Source: Guillardia theta CCMP2712
Taxonomy: Eukaryota; Protista; Cryptophyta
Reading direction: 5' to 3'
DNA length: 64,000 nt
Assembly (NCBI RefSeq): GCF_000315625.1
Contig: NW_005434567.1
Location: 132,465 to 196,464, forward strand
Each line of letters begins with the position of its first letter. The first letter of the stretch is position 1. A program made the translations under genes and the position numbers. This document shows positions 44,200 to 55,971 of this stretch, piece by piece. Below the pieces are notes generated by a model that ran no database searches, was not told the DNA's origin, and worked only from the letters and a program-made list of their open reading frames with translations.

Positions 44200-45250
44200 C
44201 CCCGTCACTGGTGCCAGTCGACCGTCGGGCCCCGGTCCGTGGGCCCGTCGTTCAGCCGTGTACCGTAGCGTAGCCGGTCCGTCCGCGGGGCCGGCAGCCC
44301 GGCGGCCGGGGAGCGGCCGGGGAGCCTGCCGCCTGACGTACCGCGGCGCCGCACTGCGCAGGCGGCGGGGGCAGCGGCCTTCACTGTCGGTCACCGCCTG
44401 AGTCCGCGACGGACGGCGGCGGGCCGCCGCCGGGCGGCCGGCCGGGCCGGGGCCCCCGGGCCCCCGGCAGTGCCGCGGCCACGGTGCCAGTACGGTGTGT
44501 GCAGTGCCGCAGCGGGCCGCTGCCAGCCTGGCAGTACACCCGGCCATACCGTACCGTAGTACCAGCCTGGCAGGCTATGGCGGGCCGGGCCCCCCGCCGC
44601 CGCCGGACTCGACTCGGACCCGGAGTCAGTTGCCAGGCTGCGGCCAGCCCCTCGGCAGTTCAACCGGGTTATTCACTTGAAATTGAAGTTAAGTTAAAGA
44701 TCAGCCTGTGCCGGTACTACGGTACGAGGACAATCAGGAGATTCGAGGCCCGAGGCTTGACCCGGGGCCCTGCCACCGTGCGGCCGCTCAGTCACCGACG
44801 GACTCACGCCGTCCGATCATCGCCCCGCTGCGCCCCGGGTGCCAGGATCGGACTCAGTGGCCAACTTGACGGCAAGCCGCGCTGATCATCGGATCCGCCG
44901 CCGGCGGACTCCAGTGAGTGGCACCGTCAGTGTCGGCACTCGGAGGGCCGGCCCGGGGCCCGGGGCCGGGACTGACTCCCGTCGGACGGTCCGAGCCCGG
45001 CGCGGACCGTGCCGTGTCCGATCAGGCTCCGAGTCCGACGGCCGTACTACGCAGCCCCCCGGCCCCGCCGCCGGAACTCGCCGGCGCCCGGCGCGTCGGC
45101 CCCGGGCAGGCTCCGAGTCTCGGAACTGCCCTGGCATTGTCCACGCCGTACTGATTTTTAACTTAACTTTGAGTAAACAGTTTGTAGGAGTCATCCAATC
45201 ATGCGGCAGGGCCCTTCAAGTCACGCCAACTTGCTTGGCTGGTCCATGAC
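44200..45250. other. GC-rich, palindrome-dense intergenic island between divergent genes
   Basis: Contains two facing copies of the shared motif (44686-44780 on +, 45130-45178 on -). A GGGTA/TACCC tract follows to ~46520. Confidence 0.7.
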
Positions 45251-46992
45251 GGTCACGTTACTCTTACTACGTTGTATCTTGTAAGTCAATTTAGTGGTAC
45301 CAAGAAAACAATGAAGCAGAGGGATCGAGATCGCGGGAGATAGGCGGCAATCTCAACGATTCGGCGTTCCGCCCGTCACACGACTCAAGCATCTACACCA
45401 CCCTACCCCATCTCATTCAGCAGATTTCACAGGAATCTGTGGGGTCATCTGATCGGACTGTGGAGATCGAAATGTATCTCTGGGGCACCGGGCCCGTCAT
45501 GAGCTGACTCGGTCAACGAGGGGGTGGGGATATCCCCCAACCAGGGACGAGAAAAGGTGGGGGTGGTTTACACCCTACTTTTTTACGTCATTCGTACCGG
45601 TTCTAAGAGGAGTTCACTATTTACCTGGTAGTCAAAATAGCGACCTTGTGGGTAAGGGTGGGTCATTGTAGGGGTCACGTTGACCGATCAATGCGCAGTC
45701 CAGGTCGGATCGCCTATCTACCAGTGGGTAGAATGAGGTGAACGAGGGGGTGGAGGTAGTCTTTCGCCCCCATTTATTTATAAAACCTTATATTGAAAAA
45801 CAATTATTTCCTCTCCATGGCCCCCGCCTCATCTCACCCCCACCCCTCTTTCTAGGCTTCCTAGGTCCTACCTACCCATGTCAATCAATGTCTTCTTGAG
45901 TGACTACCCCTCTGTTCCCGATCATTCTTCAGGTGATATATGTACCCCACCCTACTTTTGACTCCCTCAGACTGAACCACCTACCCTACGAAGGTTCCCA
46001 ATCAAACCTACGTCGCTTGACTTCTGTCCCCAGGTACGTCCTCCATCAACACCCCCACCCCTACATTTCCCTGCAACCATCCCTGGCAGTCCCTGCACAT
46101 TACCCCACCCCACCACTCATAAACATCCCTTTTATGTACTGCACTCCCATGACCTACCACCCCCTTGTGCTCAGGTTCCGACTACCCAAGTCCGAAAAAC
46201 TCTATTCCGCCAGTACGCAACTCATCGTACCCCCTCTCTCCATTGATAAATGACCGGTAGTATTTGCACCAGACCCCTTCGGGATGACGTAATCAAGTTC
46301 CGGAGGCCTCCGGACCGGTGGATTCATGATACCACCGGTCAGGTGGTCCTTCCACACACACGGGGTGGTTGTCAGTACTGGTACCCCCACCTACTTTGAG
46401 ACTGGAACAGTACCCTACCAGTGCTCGATTGGTTTGTATCTACACGTGTATAACCCACCATGCCATAGGTAGGTTGCTGTAGACCTACGCAACACCTGGG
46501 ACCTTTTCCTAGGACATCGCACTACACAGTCATCTATGACCAAATGTATAGTATATAGCAGTGACTCCGAGAATTTTCAAGAAGGGGTGTTAGTGGTTAA
46601 TATGGGGCAGAGTAGTATCTCCAAAGCTAAATATTGGTATTGAAAAGTTTTAGCTATATATTTCTCCGTAGACCAAACAAGAGTCCAAACTTCATTTCTC
46701 CAAGGGGAATGTCAACGGCTACCCCCTGACGGAAACTGGAAAACTCCCTTTAACCAGTAGGTTGTACGGGGGATATGGATCCGTCTGCTTGCAGTGAGGA
46801 GGTCGACTTGAAGACGAGCAGCAGCAGCAGCAGCAGCAGCCCTTCCCTCTTCCCTTTTCACCAGCAGCACGCTCGCAGATCGTCGCTGAGGAGCCTCCAA
46901 GTCCCTGCCAGAGCGAACTCATTCTTTGAGAGGACGTGTTTTGTGCCCACCATCGGAGAATCGGCATTGAAACAAGCTCTTGCTGCCCAGCC

Positions 46993-47358
46993 ATGCCCTT
47001 GAACGTGATTCAGGGAAACTCTTCCCAGAGCCCGCAGAGCCACGAGAAGAGGAGCTCTCCCATGGAGACAACTTCGCACCAGCCTGGAGTAGAGGACGCT
47101 CCTTGTACGCCTCCTGCATCACCCAGGAAGCTTGTACAGGCATACGATGAGAAGAATGTTCCCAAGGCTCCAATGAGGCAGAGGAGGATTGCCCTGCCTA
47201 TCCCTCTGGAAAAGAAGAGAAAGCTGACGCAGGATATGATCGGGGACGACGACATCCTGCTGCCTCCGATTGAGGGCAAGGCCTCGATGCCTGCACGGAT
47301 CAACGTGGAGGATGCAATTGAGATGATCCTGCGCGGAAAGTTCAGGAGGTTGGTCTGA
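46993..47358 (+). CDS. 121-aa hypothetical protein, TP/SP-rich with a basic patch
   Basis: Clean ATG ORF with GC3-rich codons. Contains CTPPASPRK, PKAPMRQRR and KKRK. Confidence 0.55.
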   Translation: MPLNVIQGNSSQSPQSHEKRSSPMETTSHQPGVEDAPCTPPASPRKLVQAYDEKNVPKAPMRQRRIALPIPLEKKRKLTQDMIGDDDILLPPIEGKASMPARINVEDAIEMILRGKFRRLV

Positions 47359-47880
47359 GGATCGTCGAAGCCTTCCTGATTGATTGATTGATTGATTGAT
47401 TGTTCCTGTAGAAGTCCTTGACTTCTTTTGTATAACTAACTGATACCTGCCCGTAATTGAACTGTAGTAAGAGTTAACCTTCGTGGAGAAGTCATTAAAT
47501 GGCCTAAACTAACACAGCCGGTTGTTGTTCGCTTACCCTTCGATCTTGGTTTTTGTCAAGGATACGGGAGATTGCTCCCTGTTTCTGATGTGTTTGTCCC
47601 TTTGCGGGTACTTCGTTGCGGATGTTCCGGGACTTTGTTCTTATCAAAGTGCAACAAAGAAACACTGTTCGAAATCTTGTTATGAGGAGATCTAATCTTG
47701 AATAGACCAGCGCGACGTAATCTTTCTCTACTATCGAACAAAGTTGATGAAGGTGGTTGATATCTGAGGTGTGAGAAGGTAACAGGACGACAAAATTTTC
47801 ATGTAAACAAGAATAAACAGCGAACAGGCTTTCACAACATCTACCTTTTTGCCGGACCATCTGGACTGGCGCAGCGATCA

Positions 47881-50555
47881 TCACTGGCTCGTAGGAATCT
47901 CTAGTCCAATCAGGCGCATGGCATGCGACCTCGCCATGGCCGCAACTTGTAGCAGCTTCCTCATCTGCATCTTCCCTAGCAGTGCGATCGATCTCAGACG
48001 GGTCAACTGCCGGCCTGCAGGAGTGATGAGGGGCTGAGAGCTCACGAAGTTCTCCTCCTCACCCGCTCGCTGCTCTCTCTTCTCCTTCCACAGCTCTCCC
48101 AGTTGCGCTCTTGTCATGTTGACGTTTTGCAGGCAGAGTGCACTGGAGCAGGGGGCCGTCAGTTGTCAACGCAACCTCATGCGGCTTCGCCGCCGCGTCG
48201 ACTCACCGAAGTGACAACCATGCTCGAGCTTCCAGCTGCTCATCGTCCAGGGCAGCAATGCAGCATGGTGAAGAGCCGTTGCGGCAACTGGCAGCCATGA
48301 CATCAAGGGATGCGACGTGTGCACGCAGGCGGCACAGAACTCTGCGATAGGATTTGTCAATGGACGGAATGATCTCAGTCGAGTCATGGAAGGATTGTCA
48401 AGACAGCAGAGCGTGAAGGAGGTTGTTCTTGCGAGGAATGAAGATGTCGAAGACGATCCCATGATAGGCAACTGGTTACCTGGATCGCGCCAGGTCATTC
48501 TTATGCCCGAGCCAGTCGCCGGGTTGCTGCCATCGGTCATCAGGCACAATGAAGTTGCGCAGCTATTGGAGCCTCTCACCCTTGCTATCTCTTGAAAGAC
48601 TGTTGCGCCTGTGATTCCAGCAAGCAACGAAAGCTTCTACATCACCAATCACGTTAACTCGGCAAAGACGAGAACAAGGCAAAGGTAGCTGAACAAGAGC
48701 ATCAAGAGCATCATCGTAAGATCTTCCTCTTCCTTCTTATCCTTTTCCCTCTCTCCTCCTCCTCCTCCTCCTCCTCCTCCTCCTCCTCCTCAGATAAGCA
48801 CGATCGCCATTCCTACCTCCTTTAATGCCGGGCCAAAGATCTGCTCCTCTTGGGCAAAGCTTATCCAACCAGCAGCATACAACTGATCGTCAAAGATCCC
48901 TGCTCGAAGTCAGAAGCCAAAGTAACAAAAGAAAACCAGCAGGCAGGCAGGCACGAACGCACGCACGCACACACGCACGCACGCACGCATTCCTCACCGT
49001 ATCGGAAGAGGAACTCCTCTGCCGTCATCGACCAGGTGTACGCATGGCAGACTTGCTGCCCTGCTAAGAACGATCTCCCAGCGTACAGTCTCACACTGAA
49101 ATCCTCCCCATCTGGCTGCTCCAGCACCCAAACCCCCTTGGCTTCCCTGCAGTGATTGACCTTATCCAAGTACGGGACCAACATTGGCCTGCTGGTGCGG
49201 AGGGAGCGATGAGGCCAGCAACTGCACGTCTTCTCTACCGCGGGTTGCTGTGATGTCTGACGTAGCAAGCAATCTGACCTTGCAAGCGCTGGGTTGCTGT
49301 CGAAGCTCGTATTCGTATGCAAAGAGTGCTGGGACCTCCCTCCAAGAGGAACAGGAATACCTCCCAGCAGGCTGCTCCTGGTCATCGGGTATGGCGGGGG
49401 ATGGCGAGAGCTCGGGCTCAGCGGAACATTAAAGAATCTTGATATGAAGAGCGCCCAGCACCTCAAGAAGAATTCTTGACTGACCGTCCTGCCGCAATCC
49501 TCAGGATGAACCCATGGGGAAACAGGGGAGGAGCCCCAGGCTACCTCGGAAGCGCTTGCGGCATCAATCTTTGCACACTGTCAAGCAGCCTCCTCAGTCT
49601 CCCAACAACCTCCGTACGCAGCTGCTCCAGGCCCGTCGCTCTGAGCATCTGCCCTAACAGGTGACTCGCCCTAACTGAGAAGAAACTCACCTACCGCGCC
49701 GTCCTCTTCCCCCCAGTAGATGATGCTGTCAAGTTGATCTTGCGACGGGAGGGTGGAGAAGTAGAAAGAGAAGGAGGAGCTGTTCCCCTTAGCAAGCTCC
49801 GACGTGAAGTACCTGCATTCAACTTAACCCCACTCTCTCCATTGATCGTCTCCTACGTTAGAAGAGCGAGTTCCTCCGCATTCAGAGCAAAACCGCGGGG
49901 CCAGTCCTGCTTCATCCATCACCAGACATTCTTGCTGAGGGGCAGGTGCTTCCTTCATACCTCGAACTCTCGTCGCACAAACTCCTCAACTCTTGTTGTC
50001 ATGGAGCCCATGTGCTCATGCGGGATGTTATCAGCAGACATGACACATCTGTAAGGGATCGAGAGGATCATCTCCCCTCTATGAATGTTCCTCACAGCCA
50101 TCATGCTCTCTTGACCGTCTACCCGTTGGATCCTCAGAGCACTTGTCCCTGTCAAGTCCCCGCATGCATTCGTCGGCATGCTTCGGTGCCGAGCTGAGCA
50201 TGATGCCAGGCTGAGCGGCATGACGAACAAGACCATGACGAACAAGACCATAACATGAGCTGCCCTTGCTACCGCCTTCTCCACAGCTAGCACTGAGACC
50301 ATGGGGCTCTGCCGAGTTCTGTGGCACTTTCAGACGGGTCCCCCCATCCTTCTATTCCTCCTCTCCCTCCTTCATGGCGACGAGGTAGAAAATATCATGA
50401 GGGGGTGCTGAAAATCGTCGAATTACCGCGATTCATTTGTTTCCTGCAGTGGAAGAATTTCGAGAGATTGAATCAATTCTTCGAATCCAAACATGCTCAC
50501 AAGCTGATTTCAACCTTCTTTCAAACTCTCCCTTCCATCGATCGGCATCTGATTC
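47881..50555 (-). CDS. SET-domain lysine methyltransferase (Rubisco LSMT/SETD3-like), multi-exon; boundaries approximate
   Basis: MMAVRNIHRGEMILSIPYRCVMS (SET N-part) and MLVPYLDKVNH...LYAGRSFLAGQQVCHAY...AEEFLFRYG (SET C-part). Confidence 0.75.
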
Positions 50556-51560
50556 CATCATTGAGCTCGTCTGTCGAGTAGAGTGACTCTCCCTCCACTG
50601 ATCACCTCTTCTCCTTCCGCTCTCCTTCCCCTCTCTTTTCCTTTGCTCGCCGTCCTCCCTCCCTCTCTTCTTCCACCTCCTCCTCCCTCCTCCCTCGCCC
50701 TTCCATGCATCCCCACAAAGTCCTGAAGTCTTCACGGAAGAAGAGCACAAAAAACTATTTGAGCTCAATCAATATATGTTATCATGATTATCTTACTAAG
50801 TTACTTCGAGATGGTAGTGGTGATCGTGAGTAGGGGTACACACTCACAAATCGTCTTTCATCACGGGTATATTTCACTGTTTTTGATGGGTAATTTATAT
50901 GGTGGGGTACTTCAATCACCCGTCCTCCCTGGAAATGAAGGGGTGATACAGCAAGGAACTTGCTACTCTCCAAGTGGGATTAGAATGGGGTATCTGGTGT
51001 GTTTGACGGGGTACTATAAGAAAAGTACCCCCAATTACACCTCGCAAAAATGGTTTATGAGGGGGGTACTCCAACAAAAATGGGGGTACTTGTCCGGGAG
51101 AGATGGGTGCTCTCTTGGCTCGAGGGTGGGTAATATAGCGAAGGGTCAGGATCCCAAAGGTCACATAGCAATGGTGAGCGGCGAAGGGAGGTGCATGCAG
51201 GATTGACGGCGATGCGCATCTGTTCGCGAGATGATGCATGGACAATCGTTTCTTATAATACATGATGTTGTGAAGTGAGGTCGTCTGTGCCATGGGATGT
51301 GTTGATCGCTCAGATGCATCATGAAGCTGCTTCATGCATTCTTCGATAGGGATAACGTTTCCGTTCGTTTCCTGTTCATGTGACTGGAATGTTCATCGTG
51401 ACTGTGCTCTGTTTCTCTCATCCCTTTATCTGAAAAACTATCTCAGCATATGACAATCATGCGAATGCGTGTCTTTGTTCCAAGTCTTCTCCTTGTGGGG
51501 CTGCAACTTGTTACGATGCTTCGTGTTGTTTTTATGTAAATTTGTATGAAGCACAGTTGA

Positions 51561-54500
51561 TCACCGGAACAACAAGGTGCTCTGTAACATTGCATGATTC
51601 CTCTTGGAGTCACTTTTTGTCTTCTGCTCGTGTGATTTTGTGTGTTCATCACCTTGTTTGCGCATATGTTGCAGGCAAAATGCTGAGAAATGAAAATGAT
51701 CGAACTGGTGTGACAGGTCTGGAGTGTAGAAACCGGTCTTGACAACGCGCAAGCCATCGGCGCTGCCGTTCCTCAGCGCATCACCACCTTGATGGCTGCT
51801 CCCATCCCTCAGCAGACCACCATGTACGAGGAGATAGCCTCGTGCGAGCGTTGCTGAGAGCTTGTTCAGGTTGAACTGGGCCAACCTGTCTGAGCGCGCA
51901 CAGAAGATCAAGGGACTTAACTTCTGCGCCTCCCAGTTCGTCACTGAGGACGAGGTTGAATAGTGTGTTGTTCCAGGGGATGATGAGATGACTGTGCTGA
52001 ACAGGTCAAGTACTGCGTTGCCAAGCTGTTCTCCGGCGACGTCAAGTTTGCTACCATGGCAGACTATTAAACGACATCTATGATATCTTCCTTTAGTTTT
52101 GACAAACAGACTCTTCCGGATCCAAACTTGTCGGGTGTTGGAAACACTGCAATAAAAGACTTTGACAACAGTCATAGCTCATGTTTGATCCTTTATTTTA
52201 GTTGATTGGCTGATGTGGTGGCGAGAGTTTCTCATCTAGCTAAAGCTCTTGTTCCCTTGGTGACAGAGACGAAATCTCCCTATTCGACTCCAACATGCTG
52301 ATCTTCTTGGCAAGGATCCGAACCTGAGTGCACTTTCACGAAGGGAGGGATAAGCTTTAGGGATCCGCCAAGTACCTTTGTTTCAAGCTCTCTCTGCCTC
52401 AGCGTCTCATCTTGAACAATCTTCTGTGTTTCCTCCATAACAGCCATGGCATCTGTCATCTACATCTCATCAGACTTGTTGAGCAAGTGAGACACGTTCA
52501 GGTACTTTGCGCAAAGTAGCTTCGAGCTGGCCATTGATGTAGTGCACAACGTTGTCATTGTTCTTTCGAACTTCGTATATAAGAGACTGAGAAATCATTA
52601 CGCGCACTCCCACCCATTTAAACAGACATGCCGACCTGCTTCAACTGATCGATTTCGTCCTGAGAGGGGTGCGCTTGGAAGGGTTGTGTGCAAGAGAAGG
52701 GCATCTGTAGAGATATCAGTTCAAGTCAGCAGAGCAGGCATGCGAGGCTCAGTCTCAGCTGCAGGAGGTGCCGGTGGGGTAAGGAGAGGAGGGGGAGGAA
52801 GAGCGCAGGTACCGACTGGTCCATCTGGAAGTCATCGGAGAGAATTTCTGCTGGGTCCGAACCCTCCGGCGCATCCTCCACGTTTCCTCCCTGCGGCCTT
52901 GAGCCGTTGATGCCATCGACAACAGCTGCATTGTCAATGTTCGATTCGTGATCCCCTAGTGAGGAAGAGGAGGAGGGGGGGCACGGAGGAGGAACAGGCA
53001 GGCAGGAAGAAACGTGGAGAGACAGAGACGAAGACAGACACAGACACAGACATCAAGATAAAGAGACAGATTGGGAAAGGAAGAAAGTAAGATTGATACT
53101 GTCTTTTCGTGATCAAGCAAATCACCTGCCGACTGCGAGGACTGCAACCATTCCCTCACCCTTGACTGGGCGGACTCTGAGTGTATAGGCGGAGCCGCCT
53201 GCCAGCAGAGAGGAGAGCGGAGAGATTCAGCGGTCATGTCAAGGACAGCAACAGCTCAAACAACTGCTCCCGGGGATAAGGAGGAGCGGAAGGAGGGAGA
53301 ATGCTACTAAGTCTGTCTGTCCCTGACTTGTCTCAACAAGTCAGATCATGAGACTGTAATACCTTGGGAGAGAGGGAAGGGTTCAGCCTCGGCATGTCCT
53401 TGTATCTTCTTACAGTCACCCTCTCCGCATGATCTTGATCCGGACTCTTGATCAGAAGCCGTAGGGTAGAGCCCACAGGGCCTGGTGGGACCACTATGAT
53501 TTACTTGGAGAGGAGGAGGCGAAGAAGGGGGGAAAGAGGAAGATGGAGAGGGCAAAGGACGAGGACGACGAAGAGCAGGAGGAGCAGGAGGAGGAAGGTG
53601 AAGAGGGAAGAGGAGAAGCAGGAGGAGGCTTGCGATTTACCCATGATCATCTTGCGTACGTCTTTTAGCTCCAAGTTGAAGACCGCCATGTCATCCACGC
53701 TAAGGATCACTGCCCCAGGGAGGATCCCGGCCTGAGCAACAGCGAGGACGAGAGCGGGAAAGGGAGGGGAGGGGCAAGCCGGGAGTCAGGGACCCGTCGG
53801 GTAAGATGTCAACAGCAGCAGCACCTGCTCGGCTGCTCCTCCTGCCTTGGTATCTTTGACGATGACGTTGCCAAGATTGTTCCGGAAGAGGTGCAGTCCA
53901 ATCCCGACATTCTCTTCTCCTTCGCTCACTGGAGGCAGCGATCAGACTGGCGGGGTGTAGTCGAGCAATTACTCGCCAGTGTACTGTGGAAGTGATTTGC
54001 TGGAATGGTGAAACATGCTCGAGCTTCTGCAATGAACCATCCGGACATGTCAAGGTCAAGAACCTCCTAGTGTCTGCTGACCTCCCGCACTCCTCAGGAT
54101 CGATCCTCACGTGGACCTCAAGTGCTCAGCGGCTCTGCTGAAGAACCATCCGGGTGAGATGAGAGGACCAGTGTGATGGAGGGATAAGCGAGGCAGCGTG
54201 CGTACCGTGTTTGCTGTCAACTCTGTCTTGCTCTTCCAGAGCTCTCAGTCGTGATGTGACCCAGGAGTCAAGATGAGGTCCTCGATAAGATCGCTCGCTC
54301 TCCTGCGGACTCTCCTCGTGTGGTCCACTACACTCAAAGTATAAGTGCCACTGCCTCCATCCTCTATCCCTTCTGCTCATTGCGGGCTCCTTCCCTGATT
54401 CCCTCATACCTCCTTCCCTCCGTCTCCCTGCTCACTCTTCTCCTTCTAACCCGAGCAACACAGCTCAAATGCTTGACGCAGCCGCAAGTTTCTTTTCTCC

Positions 54501-54830
54501 TCGTGCACGCTCCTGCGCTTTCCCCCGGCTTCTTCCCCTCCACCTTTGAATTTCTCCCACCTCCACCTCCTACCTCCATCCTCCCATCTCAAATCTTTTC
54601 AGCCCCTGGCCTGCTCCGCCTAATGATTCCTCCGAGTCAGCCTGAAGATCTCCTATGCGGCCCTGGATCGACCTCCGTGGTTTCTCTCCTCCCAGCCCTA
54701 AGTTCGGAAGTTCCGCCACCTAAGCTGCGACTTTCTAGCGGGCAGCTTGCAAGCGTGTTCCAAGTTCCTATCGCTCTTCTACTGTCCTTCTCCTGCGCCA
54801 GGCTCATCCTGCCAGGTAGATGATGCTGCC
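51561..54830 (-). CDS. Hypothetical multi-exon protein with a PDZ-like segment; boundaries approximate
   Basis: Exon-like pieces VDILPDGS and ILPGAVILSVDDMAVFNLELKDVRKMIMG resemble a PDZ C-half. A coiled-coil-like piece lies near 52430-52280. Confidence 0.4.
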
Positions 54831-55971
54831 AAGTTCCTCAACGTGTCGCAGTGCCCTGCCCCTGCTCTGGGAGTCCCGCAGGCTGACCTGACTCAGCCTC
54901 GGTCCTCCTCTACAGTACCTCCTCCTCCTCACTGAGTCCTCCCTCCCTCCCTCTCCTCGCATGCCTTCAAATCGACGAGCCGCTTGTTTCTCGTCGGCCC
55001 TACCGGGCCCACTACTGGCACCTCGGCAACCTGCCGATAACCCGGGTTAACTAAAATCGTCGCAATAATGTTTTAAATGTTTTAAAAGGGGAGTGGCCAT
55101 ACAGTTTTAACTTTCGACGGTAACAACATTATAGCCAGTACTGTGAATCTCTGTGATCGTGGTACCGGCTAGTGCGAAAGTTGCTTTGACGGTAGTCCAC
55201 TCCACGGTAGTAACGGTACCCGGATGACGGAACGGTAGTCCAACGGTACTAGTACGGTAGTACCGTACCGTAGGCTAGCAGTGACTATCATGGCAGTGGG
55301 GCTCAGATTGTTGGTGACTCGGTGATCGGACGAGTCTCCTACTGCCAGGGTCAAGGGTCTGGCATGGCATGTCCATCAGAGTCATGAGCAGCTGCAGTGG
55401 CGCTACGGAGGGTCCGTTGAAGCGTCACCAGTCAGTGCCGCAACTTGACCGTACGGCAGTGACATGGTGCGCCGAACTTACTTGACGAATGACTTGAAAC
55501 ATGTCAGTCACCAGTAACGATCTTCACGGCGTGGAGTTCCGAGTCCATGGCGGACATAATGCCATAGTGTTCTGAGTTTGTACTGAATGTAAGCCTCCGA
55601 TACAAGGCAGCATCCATTCAGGATCCGGGAAGAAGTTCCGAGCTCGGAATCGGGAGCCGGCCACGTTTAACTTGACACCGTCCTACTATGACGCAAGGTT
55701 TCTTGTGTCCCGACCTCAATCAGCTGACAAAGCACGGTATGTCAGACCGGGCAATAAGAAGAGAGTGAGAACGCGGAAAGAAAACACAAGAGCCAAGATG
55801 GGGGGAGGGAAGGGAGATAAGGAAGGTGGAGGAGATTAAAGAACAGAGAAACCAATATCAAAGGAGGAGAGAAACGAAACCAGAGAATAAGAAGCTACAC
55901 AAAGGCAAGTAAAATGAAATCTATGACCTCAATCCCTCCCTCGCCTCCTCCTTTCATGTTGCCACTCTTGC

